From: Candidatus Bathyarchaeota archaeon | GTDB taxonomy: Archaea > Thermoproteota > Bathyarchaeia > Bathyarchaeales > Bathycorpusculaceae | NCBI GenBank assembly: GCA_963775465.1 | Contig: CAVZIW010000006.1 | Coordinates: forward strand, 1 to 64,000 | DNA length: 64,000 nt | Direction: 5' to 3' | Part shown: piece after piece, positions 10,849-20,034 of the stretch | How positions within the stretch are numbered: the stretch's first letter is position 1 | Layout of the letters: each line of letters begins with the position of its first letter | Position numbers and translations under genes: made by a program | Notes under the pieces: model-generated | The model's database searches: none | What the model saw: only the letters and a program-made list of their open reading frames with translations | Told to the model about the DNA's origin: nothing

Positions 10849-10959
10849 AGGGTTTGCTGAGGCTCTGGCAACTAAATGGAGAAAAGAGAAAATGCGAACT
10901 CTCTTTCAACAACTTATGGCTATTTCGTGATATATAGCCAGAGCCCTCTCAGCCCCATT
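10849..10959 (-). ncRNA. Structured repeat element copy C, BHB-like ends
   Basis: Reverse complement: GGG-GCTG-AGA-GGGCTCTGG...CCAGAGCCT-CAGC-AAA-CCC. Confidence 0.65.
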
Positions 10960-11019
10960 GTTATCCAATGCAATTTTATTGACTAAAAAAAGGGAAAGAT
11001 TGTTGTTTGTTTGATTTTC

Positions 11020-13730
11020 TTATGGTCGTTTTCTTATGAGCAATAGAGCCAGTACAATACCGACTATGGCTATGGCGACGATTATGCCTGCGACTGCTGG
11101 AACAAAGTACATGTCAGATGCTGACTGTGCTGGTACTTGAGTTGGCGCTAATGTTGGGGCTGCGGGTCAACTGAGAAGCTGTTTTCTGATGTTGATGGCC
11201 AGTAAGATTCAGAGCCTGCGAAAGTTGCAATCACCGTGTATTTGCCTTCGATGTCAGGTGTCCATTGATAGCTAAAAGAACCGCTATCATCGCTTGTAGC
11301 TGTGCCGATATTACGATAGTTGCCATTAGAATCAATCACATCGATCGAAACTGGAACACCAGTAGTGTTAGTTGGCTTGCCCTTCTGCATGTAGACGTAT
11401 GCCATCCATTGAGTCTGAGAATCTTCAGAAACAGCTGCAACACCATTAGGGAAGCGTGCTGCTTGCTCTTTTTGTTTTGTGCCAGCAGAAATATCCATGA
11501 CTGTTCCTTTGATTGTTATAGATTGACCTAATTGAGCAGATAGTCAGGTGCAGAGACGGTAACAGCGCTTGGACCTTTGCCTATAGCGTAGATTTGTGCA
11601 TCATAGTTGTTCCAGTAGATTAAAACGCCATCAGCAGTTGCAAAAGTCATCGGATACGCCCAGCCAGATAGATCCCAGATTGTCTCGCCATTAGTAACGT
11701 TAAGGCAGTGTACGCGTTCGCCTTTGTAGAGAGGTGTATCAGCAGAGTGTTCATGAGTTCCGACATAGATCTTGCCATCGCAAATAAGGCCTTCCATCTG
11801 AACAAAGTTAGGAATCTTCTCTCCGCCTGATGGATAGACATCTCTCCAGAGTAGGCTACCGTCAGCTAAGCTGTAGGCTGAAACTGCTCCAGTGTACCCT
11901 CCAGTGAAAAGTATGCCGTAAGCCATCTTTGTTTGCGTTTGCGAGATTAGGCTTGGCCAAGTAAAGTATCCGTATGCTTGGAAATCAGATTGTGCATCAG
12001 TTGTTCCAACCAATTCGCCGTTGCTCATGTCCCAGATGTAGAATGTGCAGCTTGGAACCTTTAAGCCCACAAAACGTTGTTCAGCGCCTGTAGCTCGTTC
12101 GAAAATGATGTTTTGGTTAGTTGCTTCATCTTCGATATCAATGTTCTTCATGTAAAGCAGTTGTCCTTCATGTCCAGGTTGAATGCTAATAGCCCAAACA
12201 GTGACCTCATCCACATAAGCGTATGAAGGCGCGCTTGTGCCAGTAGGCCAAGAACCGTTAGTACCCCAAACATATTGATTATCATAGACCGCTCTGATGG
12301 TTGGTGATGTAGCCCAATTGAATGATAATGACACATTCCAATCATAGTTGTCAATTCCAAGCGTCTATTTGGTTTGATGATGGGTTTCTGCTTGGAATTG
12401 CCCTTGATGAGTTCCATTGACCTAGAGCGTAACCGTTGTTTGTGTTGCCGCTAAGGACGTAGCGTAGGTTTTCGCCAGCATAACCCTGTACTTCAAAGCC
12501 GTTGGGAACGCCAGTAATATTGAGATATGGGAAACCTCGTTCTGGCTGGTAGCCAATGCGGTAGTTGCTTGTGAATAGCCATCCTGGGTTTGCAATTCCG
12601 TGTTCGTTAGGGTTATCATCACTGTAGTAATATCCGAAAGTCGGTACGTTTGATGATCCAGTTAAAGCTGCAGTGTCTTGTTCCCATAATAATTCGCCTG
12701 TTTTTAGGTCAACGCAATCCAGCAACTCACTTGTGCCTCTGTAGATTGTGTTTGGTGTGAAGTAGAGTCTTCCGTACATTATTACTTGATTGTTGAATCG
12801 TGGTTGATATTGAGATCCCGCGTTGAAAGCGTTGCCAGTTCCAGTTCGTCCATCATTGCTACCGCCTAAAATACCGTTATCTTCGGTTGGTCTTGTCCAG
12901 AGAATATGTGGACTATTTGGTGCAATACCGTCAGGTTGATACCTGTTTTCGGTTCCGCCGTTGTCAGCATCGTGTGCGTTGTTTAGCCAGTTTGAAGCAA
13001 CAGTGTACCATTGGTCGTTTTGCCCCTCAATCGGGCGAGTCCAATACTCAGTTGGAACAGGCTGAATAAGAGGCAGAGCGTTAATGCTTACTGGTTCTTG
13101 CTGTACAATCACTTGGAATGTGTAGTTGCTTGCCAAGAACGTCGTACCATAATATTGGTTGCTGGTGCTTGAACCGCCATTGGTCGAGTTCCATCGATAG
13201 TAGAGTTCGTGGAAGAATACAGTAATTGACCAGTTGCCAACTTGATCAGGGGTGATTGCTGTGTAGGTTGAGCCTGTTGAGTCAGAAACGAAAACATTGC
13301 CTGATATGCCTCCTTCTCCGCCGCCTACGTTTCCTGCGGATTGACCAGAAGCTGGTAATCTTTCAGTTGCGCCATCGGGTTTTGTTATTTCAATGTGGAA
13401 TTGGTATCGAATGTCGTTGCTCAGCGATGCTGCTGGTGGTACCTGGGGGTTCATCATGATGAGGTTGAATGTTTGTCCTACGCCGACGGGGTTTGGTGAG
13501 GCGATGCCAAAAGTCCATGTTGGGATTTGGTCGTGGAATCTGTTCCAGAGAGTTAATCGGTTTGCAGGAGCGTTAATGCTCATGCCATCCCAATGCATGC
13601 CTTGATCTATAGCTGTTTGAGTGTCTGTGTTGAATGCAGCAGAAGCAGTGTCTATGTTGTTAAGCGAGATAGCCATTGATATTGCTAAAATTGCAATTAT
13701 TACAGTTGCAATAATTTTGTTTTTTTCCAT
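11020..13730 (-). CDS. PQQ-like beta-propeller repeat surface protein 3; three frameshifts (~12350, ~11530, ~11160)
   Basis: ORFs 12351-13730, 11528-12334 and 11148-11498 plus a TM tail ending IRKRP-TAA at 11020; collinear with intact paralog 4. Confidence 0.85.
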
Positions 13731-13901
13731 ATATTTTGTTTTCTCCTAATTATTTAAGTGCGCAAATAAGCGCATAGGCAAGCAGTTAGTCTTTTAATCA
13801 ATTTAAACTGTTGTAAAAAGTGAGGCTGACGACAAAATCGCAATTAGTTTTTTTATCATCAACAGAACATATCATTTTCCAGTAAACACAATTAAATAAA
13901 G

Positions 13902-13935
13902 TATAACACAGTTATATTGCAAATTATACAAAACA
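13902..13935. promoter_or_regulatory. Palindromic operator-like box TATAAC-N3-GTTATA plus TTGCAAAT.ATACAAAACA, copy 1
   Basis: Duplicated at 14305-14338; upstream of paralog 3. Confidence 0.5.
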
Positions 13936-14116
13936 GCCAATATTATAAGATCCCAATTGTAAAATAACTCTGTTGCGCCATAAAAGCCAAAGCTTTCCTT
14001 TTTTGAATATTAACAAATGCAACTTATAATCTTTAAAAAGCGGCGTTTCAAAAGGTAAAAATTTGGTGTCTCGATGATTTATGATCCAAGCCATGGGGAC
14101 TCAAAATTTAAAAGGT

Positions 14117-14222
14117 AGGGTTTGCTGAGGCTCTGGATGTTTAGGTTAAAGGAGAAATGAATAACCTAACTCACTATGGCTATTGTACTGTGATTTTGAA
14201 CCAGAACCCTCTCAGCCCCATT
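14117..14222 (-). ncRNA. Structured repeat element copy D, BHB-like ends; near-identical to copy B
   Basis: Reverse complement: GGG-GCTG-AGA-GGGTTCTGG...CCAGAGCCT-CAGC-AAA-CCC; interior almost identical to copy B. Confidence 0.65.
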
Positions 14223-14304
14223 CATATCCGATTTCTGCCCAAACAATTAATTGCTTTTATCATTAGTAGTATATAATATTTTTCAATATTACACCTAATT
14301 AGCA

Positions 14305-14338
14305 TATAACATAGTTATATTGCAAATAATACAAAACA
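14305..14338. promoter_or_regulatory. Palindromic operator-like box, copy 2
   Basis: TATAACATAGTTATATTGCAAATAATACAAAACA. Confidence 0.5.
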
Positions 14339-14414
14339 ACAAATAAAAATCTTGATCTGAGGACAAGCTTCACGATAGATAAAGAATCCAGGACATTTAG
14401 TGGAAATAGGATAA

Positions 14415-14453
14415 GGTCTCCCTGCAGTACGATAAATGATTGGATGAAGAATT
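14415..14453 (+). repeat. 39-bp direct repeat, copy 1
   Basis: 34/39 identical to 17394-17432 by manual alignment. Confidence 0.7.
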
Positions 14454-14537
14454 TAGCGCGTGCGTGCCTAAGCCTCATTTTTTTCTCAGAAGTTTCTTTA
14501 CAAAAAAAGGAAGGATTGTTGTTTCTTATTGTTGTTT

Positions 14538-17105
14538 TTATGGTCGTTTCCTAAGTATCAGAACTGTGGCTACTGCTACTGCAATAATTATAGCGACAAC
14601 TCCGACTGCCAAGAACATCATTAAATCCGCAGTTGTTGCTAAGCCTGTCTGAATACTTTCGCTTGGTGTAGGTGTAACTACTGCTGGGTCAACACTGAAA
14701 GCTGCAATAGCATGCGATGGCCAATAAGATTCGCTACCCCCAAAAGATGCGTAGAGAGTATACTGTCCTTCAATGTCAGGTATCCAGTTATAGCTAAAGA
14801 ATCCGTCTGTGCTTGTTGTGGTACCAATATCTCTATAGTTTCCGTTTGAATCAACAACGCTCAGCACTACCTCAACGCCTACGGTATCTGTTGGGCGCGG
14901 TTTTTGCATGTAAACGTACTCCATCCAGCCCTTCATGCTTGCATCTGAGACTGCTGGGACTCCGTTGGGGAATCGGGCTGCTTGCTCAGTTTGTGTGGTT
15001 CCAGCTGAGATGTCGGTTACTGTGCCTTGTATTGTAATTGATGATCCGTATGGAACGCCTATTTCTGGAGCCGAGGCAGTTAATGCGCTGGGTCCTTTCC
15101 CTACTGAGTAGATTTGCATGTCATATGTGTTTAGGTAAGTGTATTGTTGGTCTGCTATGGCGCCGTTGTTGCTCATGAATGAGCCTCCTTCGCCCCATCC
15201 AGTCAATGTCCAGAGTTCTTCGCCTGTTGTTGCGTTAAGGCAGCGAATTAGTGCACCCTTGTATTGTGGTGTGTTTGGTGAGTGCTCGTTTGTGAACAGG
15301 TAGATTTTGCCGTCTGCAATGGCTCCGATGAAAATTGGCCAGTATCCCCATGGCGATGCTAGACCGCTGAATGTGTTGTTGCCATCTGGGTTGTCTCCCC
15401 CGTAGGTCCATTGTCGCTCGCCGGTTGTTGCGTTGATGCAGTAAAGTAGTCCTCCATATCCGCTGACGTATAGGTTGCCGTATGCTACGTGGTGTGAACC
15501 AGTATTTTCTGTTGTTACTGAACCGCTAAAAGTGTCAAAGGGTCTCAAGTTCTCGACTGGTCCCCAAAGTCTGTTGCCGGTGTCAAGGCTGTAGCCATAC
15601 CAATTCATTGTTTCTTTTTCGTATATGGTAAAGATGCGTGATTGTGGATCTACTGTTTCTGATCTAATGATGATGCTGATGTTTCCGGGGGGTGCTTGAT
15701 AGGTCTGCATCCATAGAAGGTGTCCTGCTGATTCAGGTTTTAGGCTTACTGCCCACATGGTATATTCTGTGTTTGTATTGCTCCAAGCTGGTAGAGTACC
15801 GTTGCTGGCTAGTAATACGTCACTTGTGAAAGCAGCTTGTACGCTAACTGATGACATGCCGTCGCGCCATGATATTGGGACATCCCAATCAAATCGGTCA
15901 GGTGTGCTTGCATTAACTGTCGATGGTATGCTTGGAGTGTTTGAAGCCAAGTTCCATAGTTTAGATGAGTTCCATTGTTTCAAGCGCCAATCTGGGTTGG
16001 AATTTGTGCCATCGTTGGCAATAACGTATCTTAGGATTTCTCCGTGTTCACCAAGAGTTGCTGTGCCTGAAGGAACGTTTGTGACGCTGAAGAGTTGGGT
16101 TCCCGTGCGTGGATCAAATGCTTGACCAAAGTTGTTTGTGAATAATATGCCTTCGTAGAAGACTCCGTGTTGGTTGGGTGTGTCTGCATCGTAATAGTAT
16201 CCGAATGAGAGATTTGGCATGTCTGCTATTCTCCAGAGTTCTTTTCCTGTGCGTAGATCGACGCAGACTGTATCTCCTGCAGTTCCTGAGATTCCTAGTG
16301 GTTCAGTGTAGTAGAGTCTTCCGTACATTATTATGGGGTTAGCAAATCGGTGGTTGTATGATCCTCCTTGGTAGAATGTGTTTCCTTCGATTCCAACGTT
16401 ATTTCCTCCGACAACACCTCCGCTCTGTATTGGTTTGGTCCACATTATATGTGGGCTATTTGGGGCTGTACCGTCTTGTTGGAAGTTTGTTGTTCCTATC
16501 TGAGGTGACCCTGTCCCGAGCCAATTTGAAGAAATTGTTGCCCAGTCAGAGTTCTGGCCTTCAATTGGGCGAGACCAGTATTCTGTTGGAAGGGGGTATT
16601 CAGTTATCGCTGGCAGTGGGTCTTGCTGGGCTGTGAAGGTCATGGTTTTGCTTGTTGCACCTAAGAATGTGTCGTTTTGATAGGTGCCGCTCCAGTGGTA
16701 TACTAAGTCAGGGTAGAAGAGTACTACTGAGTAATTCCCTATTTGGTCTGGTGTGTATGTGGTGTATATTGTGTTTGTTGTGTCGCCTGTAAATGGACCG
16801 AGAGTTTCGGTGGTACCGTCGGGTTTAGTTATAGTAAGTCTGTATTCTGTCATTCGAATGTCGTTGGGTATGGCTGCGCTCGGTAAAAGGAAGTAAGCCC
16901 ACATTGTAAAGAACACTCGCTGACCAATACCGACGCGGTCTGGTGCAACGTTAACGTAAGCATAGGTGGAAATTTTCCATTCTGGGGTATGTGCTTTAGC
17001 TGGTTGTATTAGCATAATTGACGCTGACATAGAAGTTGCTAGCAATGCTATAATTATAATAGCCATTAGTCTATTTTTGTTGATTTGCATATTTTCTTTC
17101 TCCAA
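14538..17105 (-). CDS. PQQ-like beta-propeller repeat surface protein 4 (intact, 855 aa)
   Basis: Signal peptide, APNSPHIMW motif, CVDLRTGKELW and CINATTGERQW repeats, TM helix plus RKRP tail. Confidence 0.9.
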   Translation of the reverse strand: MEKENMQINKNRLMAIIIIALLATSMSASIMLIQPAKAHTPEWKISTYAYVNVAPDRVGIGQRVFFTMWAYFLLPSAAIPNDIRMTEYRLTITKPDGTTETLGPFTGDTTNTIYTTYTPDQIGNYSVVLFYPDLVYHWSGTYQNDTFLGATSKTMTFTAQQDPLPAITEYPLPTEYWSRPIEGQNSDWATISSNWLGTGSPQIGTTNFQQDGTAPNSPHIMWTKPIQSGGVVGGNNVGIEGNTFYQGGSYNHRFANPIIMYGRLYYTEPLGISGTAGDTVCVDLRTGKELWRIADMPNLSFGYYYDADTPNQHGVFYEGILFTNNFGQAFDPRTGTQLFSVTNVPSGTATLGEHGEILRYVIANDGTNSNPDWRLKQWNSSKLWNLASNTPSIPSTVNASTPDRFDWDVPISWRDGMSSVSVQAAFTSDVLLASNGTLPAWSNTNTEYTMWAVSLKPESAGHLLWMQTYQAPPGNISIIIRSETVDPQSRIFTIYEKETMNWYGYSLDTGNRLWGPVENLRPFDTFSGSVTTENTGSHHVAYGNLYVSGYGGLLYCINATTGERQWTYGGDNPDGNNTFSGLASPWGYWPIFIGAIADGKIYLFTNEHSPNTPQYKGALIRCLNATTGEELWTLTGWGEGGSFMSNNGAIADQQYTYLNTYDMQIYSVGKGPSALTASAPEIGVPYGSSITIQGTVTDISAGTTQTEQAARFPNGVPAVSDASMKGWMEYVYMQKPRPTDTVGVEVVLSVVDSNGNYRDIGTTTSTDGFFSYNWIPDIEGQYTLYASFGGSESYWPSHAIAAFSVDPAVVTPTPSESIQTGLATTADLMMFLAVGVVAIIIAVAVATVLILRKRP

Positions 17106-17393
17106 TTTATTTATGGACCATAGTGCATTTTCTAAATTTTAGAAAAGCCGCTGGTCGCAAAATGGTATTAAAAATCTTATAGTTTATAAGCTTATCATAA
17201 ATCGAGAAAAAATAGTCTAAAAAAATTCATTTGATAAAGATTTCGAGAATTTAATTAATAATATATAGCTTCTTACATCTTTAACTGGCGTAAGAAAAGA
17301 CAAAATAGCTCTGTAGCTGCACCTCTCTTTTCGATTATGCTTTTTGAATGATTATTTCATATCGATATGTTAGCGCGTGCTCATATCGCTAAT

Positions 17394-17432
17394 GGTATCT
17401 CTGCAGTAGGATAAACGATTGGATGAAGACTT
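17394..17432 (+). repeat. 39-bp direct repeat, copy 2
   Basis: GGTATCTCTGCAGTAGGATAAACGATTGGATGAAGACTT. Confidence 0.7.
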
Positions 17433-17467
17433 ATCTGAAATTCTTTGCAAATGATGTTTTCTTTTTA

Positions 17468-17599
17468 TTATTGTGTTGTTTGATTGTAGAGGGTTACAAC
17501 TGTTTTTATTTTATCTTCGGGGTATCCGTTCTTTTTCAATAAATCAGTTATCGCTGAGCTGATTTCCAAGTTTTCCATACAAAGATCTCTTTCTAACAT
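17468..17599 (-). CDS. Small protein, 43 aa (not in ORF track)
   Basis: MLERDLCMENLEISSAITDLLKKNGYPEDKIKTVVTLYNQTTQ; protein-like helical pattern. Confidence 0.4.
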   Translation of the reverse strand: MLERDLCMENLEISSAITDLLKKNGYPEDKIKTVVTLYNQTTQ

Positions 17600-17770
17600 A
17601 TCTTAATAGTGCATAGATGCATGTTTAAGGATATGTTGGCGTCAACACACTACAACAAATCCCAAATCTTCATCAAGGCAGACAAAAGAAGAGGAAGCAT
17701 TCGAAAATATAGCCAAGAAAGCAAATAGGCGGTTTAGTCAAATTTATTCTGTTTTAAAAGAAAAGTGTTG

Positions 17771-17890
17771 TTAGGCGGATTTAGCCGTGCGTTGGCACAG
17801 GTAAGGCGTAGAAAAGAGGAGTTCCTTGTCTATGTCAGCAGCCAGACCCGCCCAACCCTCGTCCATGTTGGGTATGTCTTGCCTATTCAA
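17771..17890 (-). CDS. Small protein, 39 aa (not in ORF track)
   Basis: TTG-started MNRQDIPNMDEGWAGLAADIDKELLFSTPYLCQRTAKSA coincides with a GC-rich patch and is followed by a T-rich tract. Confidence 0.35.
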   Translation of the reverse strand: MNRQDIPNMDEGWAGLAADIDKELLFSTPYLCQRTAKSA

Positions 17891-18046
17891 GCTCTATTTG
17901 CTCTGAAAATAATATAAAATGATGTTGTCACAATCCTGAAACAACAGACACTAGTTGTTCTCTTGATTTTCCGGTTCCACCTATTTTATTCATTGCGAAC
18001 ACAGTACAGAACGGAACTAACCAGCATTTATGTTCGAATACAGAAA

Positions 18047-18301
18047 TTATGGCTTAAAAATTATACAGCGTTCTTGTTCTTCTCTTATCGCCAAGTTTTT
18101 TTGGGATACGAATAATCTTAGCGGTTGAATATCACAATCAATCTTTAAAATCAGTTCAAAGTCACCGCGATTTTTCTTTTCCACGGAAACCAAAGAGGGT
18201 TGAACTATACATTGCTCAACCAGTTCCTTGAGCAATGCGATTGCTTCTTTTCTCTCCAATTTTGATCCCGCTGCCCAAGCAACCAATCCATAACTTGTCA
18301 T
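18047..18301 (-). CDS. Small hypothetical protein
   Basis: 84 aa ORF with globular composition. Confidence 0.6.
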   Translation of the reverse strand: MTSYGLVAWAAGSKLERKEAIALLKELVEQCIVQPSLVSVEKKNRGDFELILKIDCDIQPLRLFVSQKNLAIREEQERCIIFKP

Positions 18302-18529
18302 ATTTAATTTTTTTTAATCTTGGCGTGCGCTAATCTCTATTCGGCACTGGAGCAGTTTAAAAACCTCAGATAATAATTATTGATGTAATCTTTTTGAGCA
18401 AAATCATCTTAAGGTGCGAAAAAAGGGTGTTAGTTTAGTTAAGTTTTGTGTTTCAAGGACTGTTTCAGTTTTGTTTCAGGCAACTCCTATAAGCCTTTAT
18501 GCACATATACTAATATGGTGATAAATAAA

Positions 18530-18847
18530 ATGCAAAAAACAAAAATCGCAATAGCCTTAATCGCAGTCGCAGCACTAACCCTGGTCGCAGTGGGGTTAGC
18601 TTCAGCCCAAATGATCGCAAACCAACCATACACAACTTCAAGCCCCAACCAAGCTGCACCCAACAACGGCTTCTGGGGATCGCTAGGCAACTGCTTCGGA
18701 TACGCAACAAACCAAGCATACGCCGGTCCATATGTAGCGCCTCCAGCGCCAACAGATGGCTCCGTTCCAACGCCTGCACCCTATCAAGGCGGCTACAACT
18801 ACGGATATGGCTATGGTTACGGCTACGGACCCTGCAGGGTAAGATAA
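18530..18847 (+). CDS. Small secreted protein with Pro-rich linker and Gly-Tyr repeat C-terminus
   Basis: Signal peptide MQKTKIAIALIAVAALTLVAVGLASA; tail GYNYGYGYGYGYGPCRVR. Confidence 0.7.
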   Translation: MQKTKIAIALIAVAALTLVAVGLASAQMIANQPYTTSSPNQAAPNNGFWGSLGNCFGYATNQAYAGPYVAPPAPTDGSVPTPAPYQGGYNYGYGYGYGYGPCRVR

Positions 18848-19121
18848 AAACCCAGCTCTTTTTTCTATTTTAATTTCTGTTTTTAAATTCAGTTCTAAGA
18901 CATTAGTTTTGGTTAGGTCTCTGCTGTCTCAGATTGTCGGTTAACCTTTAGCTTTAATTTCAAAATTGCATGTTTTTTCTTTATGGATTTTTTGTTGTCT
19001 CGGCCTTGTGATGCGTGCGGGAGGATGGTTGGTGGCGGCGTTTACTACTGCGCTGTGTGCAGGATTTTTTCTGTTAAAGCTAATAAATCTGAAGAGGCAA
19101 AAGATAAATTGGTATGCGAGT

Positions 19122-20034
19122 TTGCCTGATTTTCTAATCGGCACTGGAGGTTGGGCTTACTTTAAAGCTCCAAACAAACCATCTAAAAACATATTCTGAA
19201 ATATTCAATTTTGTAGAAGTAAACTATACTTTCTACAAGTATCCCTCAACTCAAACAGTTCAACGATGGCGAAAAACAGTATCCCAAGATTTCACGTTTT
19301 CTATTCGATGCCACCAAGACCTAACCCACAAAATAGGCCTTGTTCCCACAAGTCACGCCTACGAAATATTCTATAAAATGTGAAGTTGCTGCGACATTCT
19401 CCGCTCACCTTATCTTATTTTAGAGACACCGCCCAAATACAAAATATCCCAAGACACAGAAAAAGATGCGCGGGATTTCTTCTCTTCTCTCAACCTGAAA
19501 GGGATAAGACTGGTTTGGGAATACAGAGGTCCAACAACTCAAACAGTAATTGGCCTTATGCAGGATTTTAGCATAATTCAATGCATCGACCTATCCAGAC
19601 AAAGCCCAAGCTACAATTTAGATATAACTTACTCAAGGTTGTTTGGAAGAAGTCAGCACAACCTCTACCAATTCACCGACGATGAACTAGCAGGAATCGA
19701 CCAAGCCGCTCAAGAAACCAATTCTAAAACTGTGATACTATCTTATCATGGCGCAAGAATGAACACTGATGCCATACGATTCAAGCACTACAAGAACGCT
19801 GGAAACTTTCTACCCGTCACAGCTTACACAGGGATTGATTCCGCCAAAGCCGTACTATCCGAGGACACAACTGTTCTCGCCACAAAATCAGAGTTAAAGG
19901 CGCAACAAGGCTGGAAAGTAATCGATCTAACTCCAAATAAAAGAGTACACCTCTCTGAGGTTCTTGAAAAGATACCAGACAAAACCTATTCAAGCATAAA
20001 CGAGGTCGTAAAAGAGTTGAGGCGAGTGCTTTGA
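19122..20034 (+). pseudogene. DUF72 (YecE-like TIM barrel) protein with C-terminal DUF2795-like helical extension; frameshifted
   Basis: LIGTGGWAYF...FNFVEVNYTFYKYP...RW...DFTFSIRCHQDLTH across frames; tail LEKIPDKTYSSINEV. Confidence 0.7.

Noticed and set aside
10849-10959. Element as canonical integron attC
   Set aside because: No RYYYAAC...GTTRRRY ends in either orientation, and the integrase looks like a tRNA-targeting type; kept only as a non-canonical hypothesis.
3460-12360. Programmed frameshifts or phase variation in propeller genes 1-3
   Set aside because: Breaks occur at non-homologous positions without slippery runs; better explained by errors or decay.
1271-17105. Diversity-generating retroelement acting on the propeller genes
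   Set aside because: No reverse transcriptase in the window and no template/variable repeat pair with adenine-specific mismatches was seen.
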